Below, one piece after another: positions 56,035-64,000 of a stretch of 64,000 nucleotides of DNA (position 1 is its first letter; every line of letters begins with the position of its first letter). The notes beneath the pieces are model-generated. The model was not told where the DNA came from, searched no databases, and saw only the letters and a list, made by a program, of their open reading frames with translations. The stretch covers positions 176,444 to 240,443 of IMG/VR virus record IMGVR_UViG_3300030108_006260; one strand, written 5' to 3'. The translations under genes were made by a program, and so were the position numbers.

Positions 56035-57549
56035 ATGACCAAGGTGTCTCAGGAGTATGTTCTTCGTAGACTCTCGGAAGGAGCATCGTTAACCCTCATT
56101 GCTCGTGAACTCAAAGTCAGCCCTTCTACCCTAAAAAGGAAGGTAGACTTACCCAAGCAGGGTACCTTAGAATGGTATCGTATCAAGTTTCCGGACGCTG
56201 GGGTCGAGTCAGTGGAAGAAGGGAAGCTGATCCTTTCTGAAGGACGGAGAGTGTCACCGGGTGAGCTACGTCAGGAGAGTTCTTTCATATCTAATAAGGA
56301 CCGTCTACTTCAGCGGTGGGCCCGTGGGGACAGTATTAGTACCATCGCTAAAGAGCTAAAGACTTCAAGGACTAGACTAGCGCCCCGTCTAGGAATACCT
56401 CCTATAGGTACAGTCGACTATTACTCTTTTCTGCTTTCACTTCTTACTTCCTCAATTAAGGTGAAGGAACTGATCCCTGGAGATGTGGTTCAACTCGAAT
56501 GCAGGGACGTGAAGAGGGGTGTACAATTCACAGCGCCTGCCTGGTGGGTTGTTTCTAGGTTACGTAAAGATCCTGACTACACTTTCTTTCCAAGCCAAGA
56601 CGAAAGAAAGAGCAAGATGATTGCAAACGGTACGATTTCTACGATCAGCGGGATGACACTGCCTGCCTACGCTGAACAGGTCGGGGCCTCCTACGCTACT
56701 GTACACAAGAGGCTGTCTTTAGTAGGGGAAGAGAACGCTATTCGTTCTTTTGACGGGTACTCCACCAGGGAAAGCACCCTAGAGTCTATGGTGTCCTCTT
56801 GGGTGGAGGACGTAGGCTGTTCTTTCGTGCGTAATAACAAGCTAGAGGGAACATCGTACCTCCCTGACCTCGTTGTGCATTCTAGGCGGCTGGTTATTGA
56901 ATGTGATGGTCTCTACTGGCACTCAGAAGCTCAAAAGGAAAAGAACTATCATCGAGACAAGAAGCTAACATACCAGAACCTTGGGTATAAATCAATCTTT
57001 CTTAGGGAAGATGAATTGCTCAAGTCGCCTGACATATGTCGAAGTATTATACTTAATCACCTAGGGTCTAACAGAAGGGTGTACGCTAGAAAGACCACTG
57101 TCTCCTCAGGGGGAAGAGATTTTATCTCGCAAAATCACTTGATGGGAAAGGGGAAGGGTACAACATGGTCCCTCATTTCAGGAGATGACATCGTTGCTGC
57201 TATGCAAGTTCGGTGGGTATCCAGAGATAAAGGTATACTTGACATCTCTAGGTTCTGTTCTTCTCCTGGTGTTACTGTGGTAGGGGGATTTTCTAAGCTG
57301 ATAAAGCATGTCACAGAAGAAATGAAGCCTAATTCTATACAGAATTTCATAGACCTGCGCTACGGGTCGGGCAGCTACCTGCGTGGGATGGGGTGGAAGT
57401 CTCACAGAACTTACCTATCATTCAGGTGGACAGACTGTAGAGGTAACACGTTCCATAGAATGAGGTACCCAGGTAAAACTGGATATGAACATGGTCTTTT
57501 GAAAATATGGGACTGTGGACAAGCCAAGTGGACTTTAGACCTGTCCTAG
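56035..57549 (+). CDS. Free-standing Hef-like homing endonuclease 3 (HTH + Vsr-like + GNAT/Mom-like)
   Basis: Two HTHs (SLTLIARELKVSPSTL; SISTIAKELKTS), YLPDLVV...IECDGLYWHS, RVYARKT...WDCGQAKW; likely start ATG 56035. Confidence 0.75.
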   Translation: MTKVSQEYVLRRLSEGASLTLIARELKVSPSTLKRKVDLPKQGTLEWYRIKFPDAGVESVEEGKLILSEGRRVSPGELRQESSFISNKDRLLQRWARGDSISTIAKELKTSRTRLAPRLGIPPIGTVDYYSFLLSLLTSSIKVKELIPGDVVQLECRDVKRGVQFTAPAWWVVSRLRKDPDYTFFPSQDERKSKMIANGTISTISGMTLPAYAEQVGASYATVHKRLSLVGEENAIRSFDGYSTRESTLESMVSSWVEDVGCSFVRNNKLEGTSYLPDLVVHSRRLVIECDGLYWHSEAQKEKNYHRDKKLTYQNLGYKSIFLREDELLKSPDICRSIILNHLGSNRRVYARKTTVSSGGRDFISQNHLMGKGKGTTWSLISGDDIVAAMQVRWVSRDKGILDISRFCSSPGVTVVGGFSKLIKHVTEEMKPNSIQNFIDLRYGSGSYLRGMGWKSHRTYLSFRWTDCRGNTFHRMRYPGKTGYEHGLLKIWDCGQAKWTLDLS

Positions 57550-57596
57550 ACTTATATCCATGTAAACGTACTATACACCATAATATTACCTTATAG

Positions 57597-57629
57597 GAGG
57601 TGCCCACTTTTGGGGGCGCCTATTTCTTT
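57597..57629 (+). terminator. Possible terminator
   Basis: GGTGCCC...GGGCGCC followed by TATTTCTTT. Confidence 0.4.
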
Positions 57630-57710
57630 GCCTATAATAGGACACTATACACGCATAGGTAACTACCTAATAACAGGTTATATTTTTGTGCCTTCTTATC
57701 TAAGTATACT

Positions 57711-57926
57711 ATGAGAGATATCAAAGAAAGACTTCTACGCATAGGTCTTGAGATCAGGTCCTCCTTGGATGCCCGGTCTGTAGCGGAGGAACTATTTTCC
57801 GCTCATGCACTAATGCAAGAATCTCTCGATAAGAGAGACCCTACTTCCTTTGCCTCTGCATTTAGAGACGCAAAGAAGTCACTTTCTAGGTTAAGAAGAG
57901 TCCTTAGGCTGAACAGCAGACCCTGA
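57711..57926 (+). CDS. Hypothetical protein (putative internal head protein)
   Basis: MRDIKERLLRIG leader. Confidence 0.55.
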   Translation: MRDIKERLLRIGLEIRSSLDARSVAEELFSAHALMQESLDKRDPTSFASAFRDAKKSLSRLRRVLRLNSRP

Positions 57927-57969
57927 TCCTCTAGGCTGTCTATTATCTCGTTACGGATTAAAAATTTAA

Positions 57970-58326
57970 ATGGAAAAAAGTATTGCAGAAAGACTGCGCC
58001 AGGTGTCCAAAAACATCGACAAACTGGCCCAAGTAAAAGAGATAGTGGAATCCAGCATAGGTCTTAGCCCCCAGGAGCAGATATGTGCCGCAGCATCTAT
58101 TGGCGCAGAGTATATTGCTGCTATGACAGGAAACCAGGATGAATCTGGGCTGATATATCGTGCTTACGAAGAAATACTCGCGTCACTATCACAGTCCCCC
58201 GCTATAGAAGAGATGCTACAGTGGAGCCGTGTTCCCCTTACTAAAGAAGCTTCATACAAAGAAGACCTTGATGATGCCTGGGTAGGGTTTAGGCTGGCTC
58301 TCCTTTCTGCTGGGAGGTCAAAATGA
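57970..58326 (+). CDS. Hypothetical protein (putative internal head protein)
   Basis: MEKSIAERLRQVS leader. Confidence 0.55.
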   Translation: MEKSIAERLRQVSKNIDKLAQVKEIVESSIGLSPQEQICAAASIGAEYIAAMTGNQDESGLIYRAYEEILASLSQSPAIEEMLQWSRVPLTKEASYKEDLDDAWVGFRLALLSAGRSK

Positions 58327-59042
58327 GTTTTTATAGCAGGATACTGGCTGTAGCAGGAATTAAATCAGCTGCTGCTAAGAAAAAGAAGACTACCAAGAAG
58401 TCGCCTAAGAAGACGCCTAAGAAGTCGCCTAAGAAGACTACCAAGAAAACAACTCCTTCTGTGGAGGATGCGTTTTACGCTCTACGCACCTGCTTGCACA
58501 GTGACCTTGGAAAAGGGACTGGATCGAGAGAGATGCGCCTCCTAGATCGTATAAAGTACGCTTTAGAGGTAGAGGGGTATAAGCTAACCACCTCTACTAA
58601 TGAACCAGGGTCAATGCCCAAGACACCTAGTAGACTAAGTTCTTCCACTCACTTTGTAGCTAGCGGTGGTATGTGTACTCTTATAAGAGGATCTGCTCCT
58701 GAGGGATTAGACATCAATGCTGTAGTATCTCTTTCCGACTTGTTTCGTAGTAAGCAGTGCTACAAGTGCACCATAGACCCATCTGATAACACTAACTCCA
58801 GGTCTCGTGGTGCAAACATGGCGCTTCCTAAGCCAGTTACCTGGCATAAGCTGCAAAAGTATGGGCTCTCTGTTGAGAATGTACTTGATGATGAGGGTAA
58901 AGTGCTACTAAAGAAGTACACTATCGAAGGAGTGAGTAGTTACACTGTAGATAGTCATACATTTTTTATGTCAAATAAAGAAAAGTTCCGCCGATGGATG
59001 GACGGACTTGATAGGTCAATCTCTAACTACCTAGAAAAGTAA
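58323..59042 (+). CDS. Protein with histone H1-like (S/T)PKK repeats
   Basis: KKKKTTKKSPKKTPKKSPKKTTKKTTP after leader YSRILAVAGIKSAA. Confidence 0.55.
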   Translation: MSFYSRILAVAGIKSAAAKKKKTTKKSPKKTPKKSPKKTTKKTTPSVEDAFYALRTCLHSDLGKGTGSREMRLLDRIKYALEVEGYKLTTSTNEPGSMPKTPSRLSSSTHFVASGGMCTLIRGSAPEGLDINAVVSLSDLFRSKQCYKCTIDPSDNTNSRSRGANMALPKPVTWHKLQKYGLSVENVLDDEGKVLLKKYTIEGVSSYTVDSHTFFMSNKEKFRRWMDGLDRSISNYLEK

Positions 59043-60436
59043 TGCTATCCTTCGTCAAAAAAGCAACTGTGCAGGATGCAGAGTCCGCAGCAAGGATTTA
59101 TTCCCAGTACCTTAATAGGGACGTAGACCTAAGCGTAGACTTTAATTCGATTCCTGTTAGTCTTTTGGATGCGCAGGCTGACGACGGAGTTTTGTACCTT
59201 AAGTTTTCTTGGCAAGCGGAAGATATAGGTAATGATTATAGAATTATTAGGAGTAAACTGGGTAAGGAAGTACGAGTACGCATAAACTCTGAAGAAATGG
59301 TAGGAGTCTTAGGTACAACAACGGAGATTCCTCCAGGTGCTGACATGGACACCTATAAAAATTCTCCATTTGTTCTGGCTATGACTTTTCCTTCTTCTAA
59401 GTTTGCTTCTTTTAAGGGCTCCATCATAGGAATCGACGTTCCCTCTAACATCCGGGACCTTCTTCCCATAGCAGATGACTTAGAGTACGATCCTCACATT
59501 ACAGTTGCCTTCTTCCCTAACCTAAGTACAGAAGATATACCTCTGGTACTCAGGGCAGCTAAAGAAGCCGCTAAGAAAGTTGGGTCCTTTTCTGTACGTG
59601 TTACCCAAAGCAAGACGTTTCCTACTCCTGACGAAGAAGGTAACTATCCTCATGTAGCTCTTATCGAAAGTGATGAGCTTAGATTTATGCATGAGGAGAT
59701 AGTACGCGTGCTAGAGCACTATTCTCCAGGATTAGTAAGTACTGATTTTGTTGGTAAGAACTACAATCCTCACATTACTCTTAAGTATTCTAAGAATCCA
59801 TCGTCTTACTCTCCCATTAAAGAGCTGAAGTGGAGCGTAGACTCTATGTTCCTGTCTTACAGAGGAGGGGACGAGTTTTTCCCTATACCCCTTAGTGGTG
59901 AAAAGTGTGCCTCAGGTGGGGGATCCATACAAGTAGGTGATGTGACGATTCCTGTCATGTCAGTAAATGACAACGACAACATAATATCTATAAATTTAGA
60001 GAGAGGCAAACACTCTGACTTAGTATCTACATGTGAGGGGCAACAAGTTACGTTGTCTACCCCCTCTTACAATAAAAAGATACAGATTTTAGAGGTTTCC
60101 GAAGAAGGTCCCGATCGCTTCTCTTTATCTTATCGTCCCTTAGTTACTTATATGTCAAAAAAGTCACGGTACCTACTCATAAAGGTGTCTAACCTCCTTG
60201 AGTTGAGAGGGTTTACCGCTTTATCTAAGCGTGTGGCTTCACTTTTAGACTTTTCTCCTGAGGAATCTGAATCAGAGGGGACTGAAGAGGAAGAACCAGA
60301 AGACGTAGACGCCCTAGGACCGGGCTTTCCCGGAACTGACCCCCGCATCGTAACTTATGTTAAGGCTCCACAGACTACTCAAACTATTGACGAGCCAAAG
60401 TTCCCTATGACCTTACCCCTGCACGAGAGAATTTAG
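59042..60436 (+). CDS. Multidomain protein with central 2H phosphoesterase (2'-5' RNA ligase / Acb1-like) domain
   Basis: Two HxT motifs: DPHITVAF and NPHITLKY. Confidence 0.8.
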   Translation: MLSFVKKATVQDAESAARIYSQYLNRDVDLSVDFNSIPVSLLDAQADDGVLYLKFSWQAEDIGNDYRIIRSKLGKEVRVRINSEEMVGVLGTTTEIPPGADMDTYKNSPFVLAMTFPSSKFASFKGSIIGIDVPSNIRDLLPIADDLEYDPHITVAFFPNLSTEDIPLVLRAAKEAAKKVGSFSVRVTQSKTFPTPDEEGNYPHVALIESDELRFMHEEIVRVLEHYSPGLVSTDFVGKNYNPHITLKYSKNPSSYSPIKELKWSVDSMFLSYRGGDEFFPIPLSGEKCASGGGSIQVGDVTIPVMSVNDNDNIISINLERGKHSDLVSTCEGQQVTLSTPSYNKKIQILEVSEEGPDRFSLSYRPLVTYMSKKSRYLLIKVSNLLELRGFTALSKRVASLLDFSPEESESEGTEEEEPEDVDALGPGFPGTDPRIVTYVKAPQTTQTIDEPKFPMTLPLHERI

Positions 60437-60439
60437 CAA

Positions 60440-61279
60440 ATGGATAAAGAAATCAAGAAGATGTACACGGCATCCGCCCGTCTACAGCGTGTCGTGTACA
60501 ACGACTTTATGGAAAAGACAGCGAATCCCGCAATTATGGGTATAGCACGTGCTTTGCTTCCAGCACTCAAGTCACTTGGTCCTCAGGTCCTGAAGCTTGT
60601 TGCTAAAGTACCTCCTGCTGCGTGGGCTAACATCATTCCTACTATAGTACGTGGCATAGCTCCTAAGGAAAACCCTGCTGGGGTAACCGCTTCTTCGTCC
60701 AGCAAGGAGGCATTTGGTCCTGCCGCTGGTCTTGCCATGCGTATGCTTGCACCTGCTGCACTGGACATGGTTATGGGTGACGATGACGAGCCAGAGGATA
60801 TGGATGCATCTTCTGAAAATGAAGAGGACATGGACGAGGATAAAGAAGGTATTGCTCCTCTTGCTGGTCTAGCCCTCAGTACGCTCGCTCCCATGGCTCT
60901 AGACTCTCTTATGGGAGACGATGACGAAGCCACTACAGCTTCTAAGAACGATGAAAACGACGAAGATGAGGATGAGGACAAGGAGGGCTTAGGGCCCTTG
61001 GCTGGACTGGCACTCAGTACTCTTGCTCCTATGGCTATTGACTCCATCATGGGAGACGACGATGAGGCTACAACAGCTTCCGCACACTGTGAGGTAATCG
61101 AAACTGTCCTCAAGAAGCACAAGGTTGCTCATGCAGAAATTGTGGCCAAGTCTCTTTACCTTGCGGCCCTTGAGACCAGAAATTCCCATAAAAAGAAGCC
61201 ACGTAAGGCTGTAGCAGAGGCAGTCAAGCTCGTGCAACGGATGCAGGACGAGCTTGAGGCACTCAGGGCTTACCTATAA
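60440..61279 (+). CDS. Repeat protein: amphipathic/hydrophobic peptides separated by acidic spacers
   Basis: Three PxAGLA...LAP.A.D..MGDDDE units plus one cationic amphipathic segment. Confidence 0.65.
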   Translation: MDKEIKKMYTASARLQRVVYNDFMEKTANPAIMGIARALLPALKSLGPQVLKLVAKVPPAAWANIIPTIVRGIAPKENPAGVTASSSSKEAFGPAAGLAMRMLAPAALDMVMGDDDEPEDMDASSENEEDMDEDKEGIAPLAGLALSTLAPMALDSLMGDDDEATTASKNDENDEDEDEDKEGLGPLAGLALSTLAPMAIDSIMGDDDEATTASAHCEVIETVLKKHKVAHAEIVAKSLYLAALETRNSHKKKPRKAVAEAVKLVQRMQDELEALRAYL

Positions 61280-62100
61280 TGGATCCGCTTTCTCTAGAAC
61301 AGCAGAAACAGGCAATTTCGTCTGCTTCTAAGACTCTTTTATGGGAAATTCTAGAGGAAGAAGGCGCTTGGCTTAAGGTTCTGGGGGTTCTTCCTAGGGA
61401 ATACTTCGACTCTTTTCTCTCTGCTCTTAGGAGAGCAGGAGTTACAGGAGAGAATACGAACAAAGTTCGAGCACATGCATCTATGTTCGTAAAGAACAAG
61501 GTAAGCCTTCCTCACTTGCAGGCTGCCCTTGTGCAGGCATGGAATCCTTCCGACCTTAAAGACTCTGCTTCTTGGTTGAAAGAGAAGGGATTTTTGTCTA
61601 CTCCTCTGTCTCCTCTTACTGTAGATGACAAAAAGGAGATAGTAAAGTCCGCAAGTTCTGTTCCCTCTGCTACAAAAGAGAGAATGCTCCGTCAGGCAGG
61701 AGGTAAAAAACCAAGATCAAACCACCCTCCTGACGGTGCTTCTTTAGAGGGCCGTAAACTGTGGAACAGAGTCCTGAGGAATCCTGGTAGAAGAAAAATC
61801 ATTTTTGGCCCCAAGTCTCTGAGTGACCAGTGGTCTCTCGCTACTAAGTTTTGGCTAAAAGAATGTGCAGATCAGGGTGTTGCCCCCTATAAATCGGACG
61901 CGGAATCTAGCTCTAAGTCCATGCACGCTCAGAATGTCATAAGTAGAGCTATGCAAGAGCTACATGGGGGTCTATGTTACGATGGGTACTCTATGAGCCG
62001 TCCTGCGGCTCGCGCCTATAAGAAGCTATGGCGCCAGCTAGAACGAGATGGTGTTTCGTTAGGAAGTTGGACCTCTATAAAGCCTAAGAGAAAAATCTAA
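61279..62100 (+). CDS. Hypothetical protein
   Basis: 273-aa ORF with 1-bp overlaps to neighbours. Confidence 0.6.
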   Translation: MDPLSLEQQKQAISSASKTLLWEILEEEGAWLKVLGVLPREYFDSFLSALRRAGVTGENTNKVRAHASMFVKNKVSLPHLQAALVQAWNPSDLKDSASWLKEKGFLSTPLSPLTVDDKKEIVKSASSVPSATKERMLRQAGGKKPRSNHPPDGASLEGRKLWNRVLRNPGRRKIIFGPKSLSDQWSLATKFWLKECADQGVAPYKSDAESSSKSMHAQNVISRAMQELHGGLCYDGYSMSRPAARAYKKLWRQLERDGVSLGSWTSIKPKRKI

Positions 62101-63575
62101 TGAGTATTTACGACGAGACAGAAAGTTACTCTATACACCTACAGAAGGTGGCGCACATGGTATTGTCGTCACCTGACATTAAGGTTGCTACACTTTCCAA
62201 GTTAGTGGGTGAAGCAGGTCTATTTGATAGGGAGCTAGCTTCCATACTTACGGTCCTTTACTCTCACAATAACTTAAGTGGAAGAGGCATGCCTGAGGCT
62301 AGCAAGCCCATTGTCCTTTTAAAGAGGATTGCAGAAGACCTACAGGACCGTGGATTCTATTTTCCATCGTTTTCTCGTAGGCTCAAGCACATCGAATCCG
62401 CTACAAATGGGTCTTTCGAGAGAAAAGAAGGGTCCCAGTACGGAGGCGGTGAGTCTCAAGCGCTAGACAGGCCCCTACGGTCTCTTAGAGAAAAGCTCTA
62501 CGAGGTTAGGCTCCATGATGCTGGGCACGCCAAAGATGAGGGTGGTAAGGACATAACAAAACGTACCGGAGAAGAGACTCTATCCATGGTGGAGAAGCTC
62601 ATAGGGGCTATTAAGACCTTAGAGACAGAGGGGTCTCCTTATGGAGTGAGTGATAGTTCGGACAGAGCTAACTCCCGTCGAAATGAATTCTTGGACAAGA
62701 GGTTCGATGAGTTCGGACAGAAGCTGAACTTCTCGGTAGGGTCTACCGCAGAGGGACAGAAGATAGAAATGTATCACCTGCACCCTGTCCACACCGAAGA
62801 TTTTGGAGAACGTACCTACGCAATATCCGAAGACAACTATGCCCTACTTGTTTCGGTTATGAGGAAAGCAGTTCCTGACTGGTCACCTTCCGAATCCTAC
62901 GCGTATGTGGACAATATTATTCCTCCTATCTATCCCTCTAAAGATAGGGGCAGATCTATCGAGTCACCCGACAGATCTACACAGAAGCAAAGAGAGCAAG
63001 AAGCGCAAAAAGAGAGGGACTTACTAACGTCTATCTCTCAGAAGGGTGAATACGATCAGTCTGTAGTCCGTACTATAAGGCTTCCCTTCGCTCCTGACCA
63101 GATAGACGACAACTTCCCCAGCCTGGAGCTTGACTCCGACACTTATATCGGACAAAACGTATCTAAGGTTGTTGTCGAAAGTATAAACCGGATGAGATTT
63201 TCGGGGTTCGTAGACTTTGATCAAGACTATCGAATGATGATAATGTGGGCGAACGCACCAAGTGACGATCACAAAGACGTCATGGGAAAAACATATAGAG
63301 ATTTACTAGAAAAAGTATTGAAGGCGTACTCTTCTAAGTTTGGTGACCTACTCAAGGTAAAGCCCGAGGTTAGGAAGATAAAAAGGGGTGCAGCCCTTTA
63401 CTTCCCCAAGCCCATAAGCCTACATGTTTTGGTAAAATCGTTCACTCCACTTCAAAACCTCCTAAACCAGACGAACGCAAGTATTGAGAACGCGGAAATA
63501 GCTCGTGGCCTTGAGAGGTCTTTCAACAGGGAGATCAACGATGATGAGCTTCCTGGACACATGGAGAATTCCTGA
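62100..63575 (+). CDS. Hypothetical protein (putative internal head protein)
   Basis: 491-aa ORF; HLQKVAH / IKVAT leader. Confidence 0.6.
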   Translation: MSIYDETESYSIHLQKVAHMVLSSPDIKVATLSKLVGEAGLFDRELASILTVLYSHNNLSGRGMPEASKPIVLLKRIAEDLQDRGFYFPSFSRRLKHIESATNGSFERKEGSQYGGGESQALDRPLRSLREKLYEVRLHDAGHAKDEGGKDITKRTGEETLSMVEKLIGAIKTLETEGSPYGVSDSSDRANSRRNEFLDKRFDEFGQKLNFSVGSTAEGQKIEMYHLHPVHTEDFGERTYAISEDNYALLVSVMRKAVPDWSPSESYAYVDNIIPPIYPSKDRGRSIESPDRSTQKQREQEAQKERDLLTSISQKGEYDQSVVRTIRLPFAPDQIDDNFPSLELDSDTYIGQNVSKVVVESINRMRFSGFVDFDQDYRMMIMWANAPSDDHKDVMGKTYRDLLEKVLKAYSSKFGDLLKVKPEVRKIKRGAALYFPKPISLHVLVKSFTPLQNLLNQTNASIENAEIARGLERSFNREINDDELPGHMENS

Positions 63576-64000
63576 TGAGTCAAGGTTACATACAATGTTA
63601 CAGACAGCAGGGGTTCATCTCTATAAGTGTAGTTGCTCTAGATAATGACGGTGTTCCTGTAGTTCCTGACTCTGACCCGTTAGCAGAGCTTTTCCGAATT
63701 GACCCAAACACTGGTACAGCTGCAAAGGACCTGAACATAAACGGACTGACGGGAGAAATAAGCCTGCCACTAGTTGCTGGCTCTTCTTTTCTCTATAGTG
63801 GGGCTCTAGATTTATCAGAGGCTCTATTCGAGCACTATGAAATAACAGTAACCTATTCCTATAATTCTGGAGCAGACACGGCAGTCCATCATATTAGGTT
63901 GTTTATATCAAACATAGACCAGATTCTTTACGAGAGTAGAAACGTAACTGTTGCATCCGTAGGAACTACCTTTAAAGCACCAACACCTGACATTCCATAA
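63575..64000 (+). CDS. Ig-like virion structural protein
   Basis: LDNDGVPVVPDSDP resembles the neck protein N-terminus (EEDGTPLLPSDP); beta-rich; stop at 63998-64000. Confidence 0.45.
   Translation: MSQGYIQCYRQQGFISISVVALDNDGVPVVPDSDPLAELFRIDPNTGTAAKDLNINGLTGEISLPLVAGSSFLYSGALDLSEALFEHYEITVTYSYNSGADTAVHHIRLFISNIDQILYESRNVTVASVGTTFKAPTPDIP

Noticed and set aside
54839-56086. 415-aa antisense ORF over the major capsid gene
   Set aside because: Expected shadow of strong codon bias in a highly expressed gene; no recognisable motifs
1-64000. Alternative genetic code or tRNA genes
   Set aside because: Genes are full length and densely packed under code 11 with TAA, TAG and TGA all used as stops; no tRNA cloverleaf recognised by eye

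Overview
64 kb of a large tailed dsDNA (jumbo-type, probably myovirus) phage genome. No rRNA, tRNA or CRISPR array was seen, and the host cannot be assigned. The left half (mostly - strand) starts with a partial baseplate-hub-like gene missing from the ORF track. It then carries a replication/recombination block: UvsY-like, Mre11/SbcD, RecA/UvsX, a catalytically degenerate topoisomerase IA, a CxxC-less thioredoxin, gp32-like SSB, a sigma70-family factor lacking region 4.2, class II RNR, Cas4-like nuclease and primase. Tail/neck genes, a 2202-aa repetitive fibre protein and RuvC follow. The right half (+ strand) is the head module: terminase small and large subunits (large with intein), portal (intein), prohead protease, scaffold, decoration protein and major capsid protein, interrupted by three paralogous repeat+Vsr-nuclease+GNAT-like free-standing endonuclease genes. 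Most notable is a set of head-cluster proteins sharing an amphipathic (R/K)L-x-x-(V/I)A leader and [K/R]-x-A-(S/A/G) sites at domain borders. I infer these are capsid-packaged, protease-processed cargo. The set includes a 2H phosphodiesterase (Acb1-like fold), an ADP-ribosyltransferase, an SPKK histone-like protein and a polyprotein of amphipathic peptides separated by acidic spacers. All family calls come from motif recognition by eye, without database searches.
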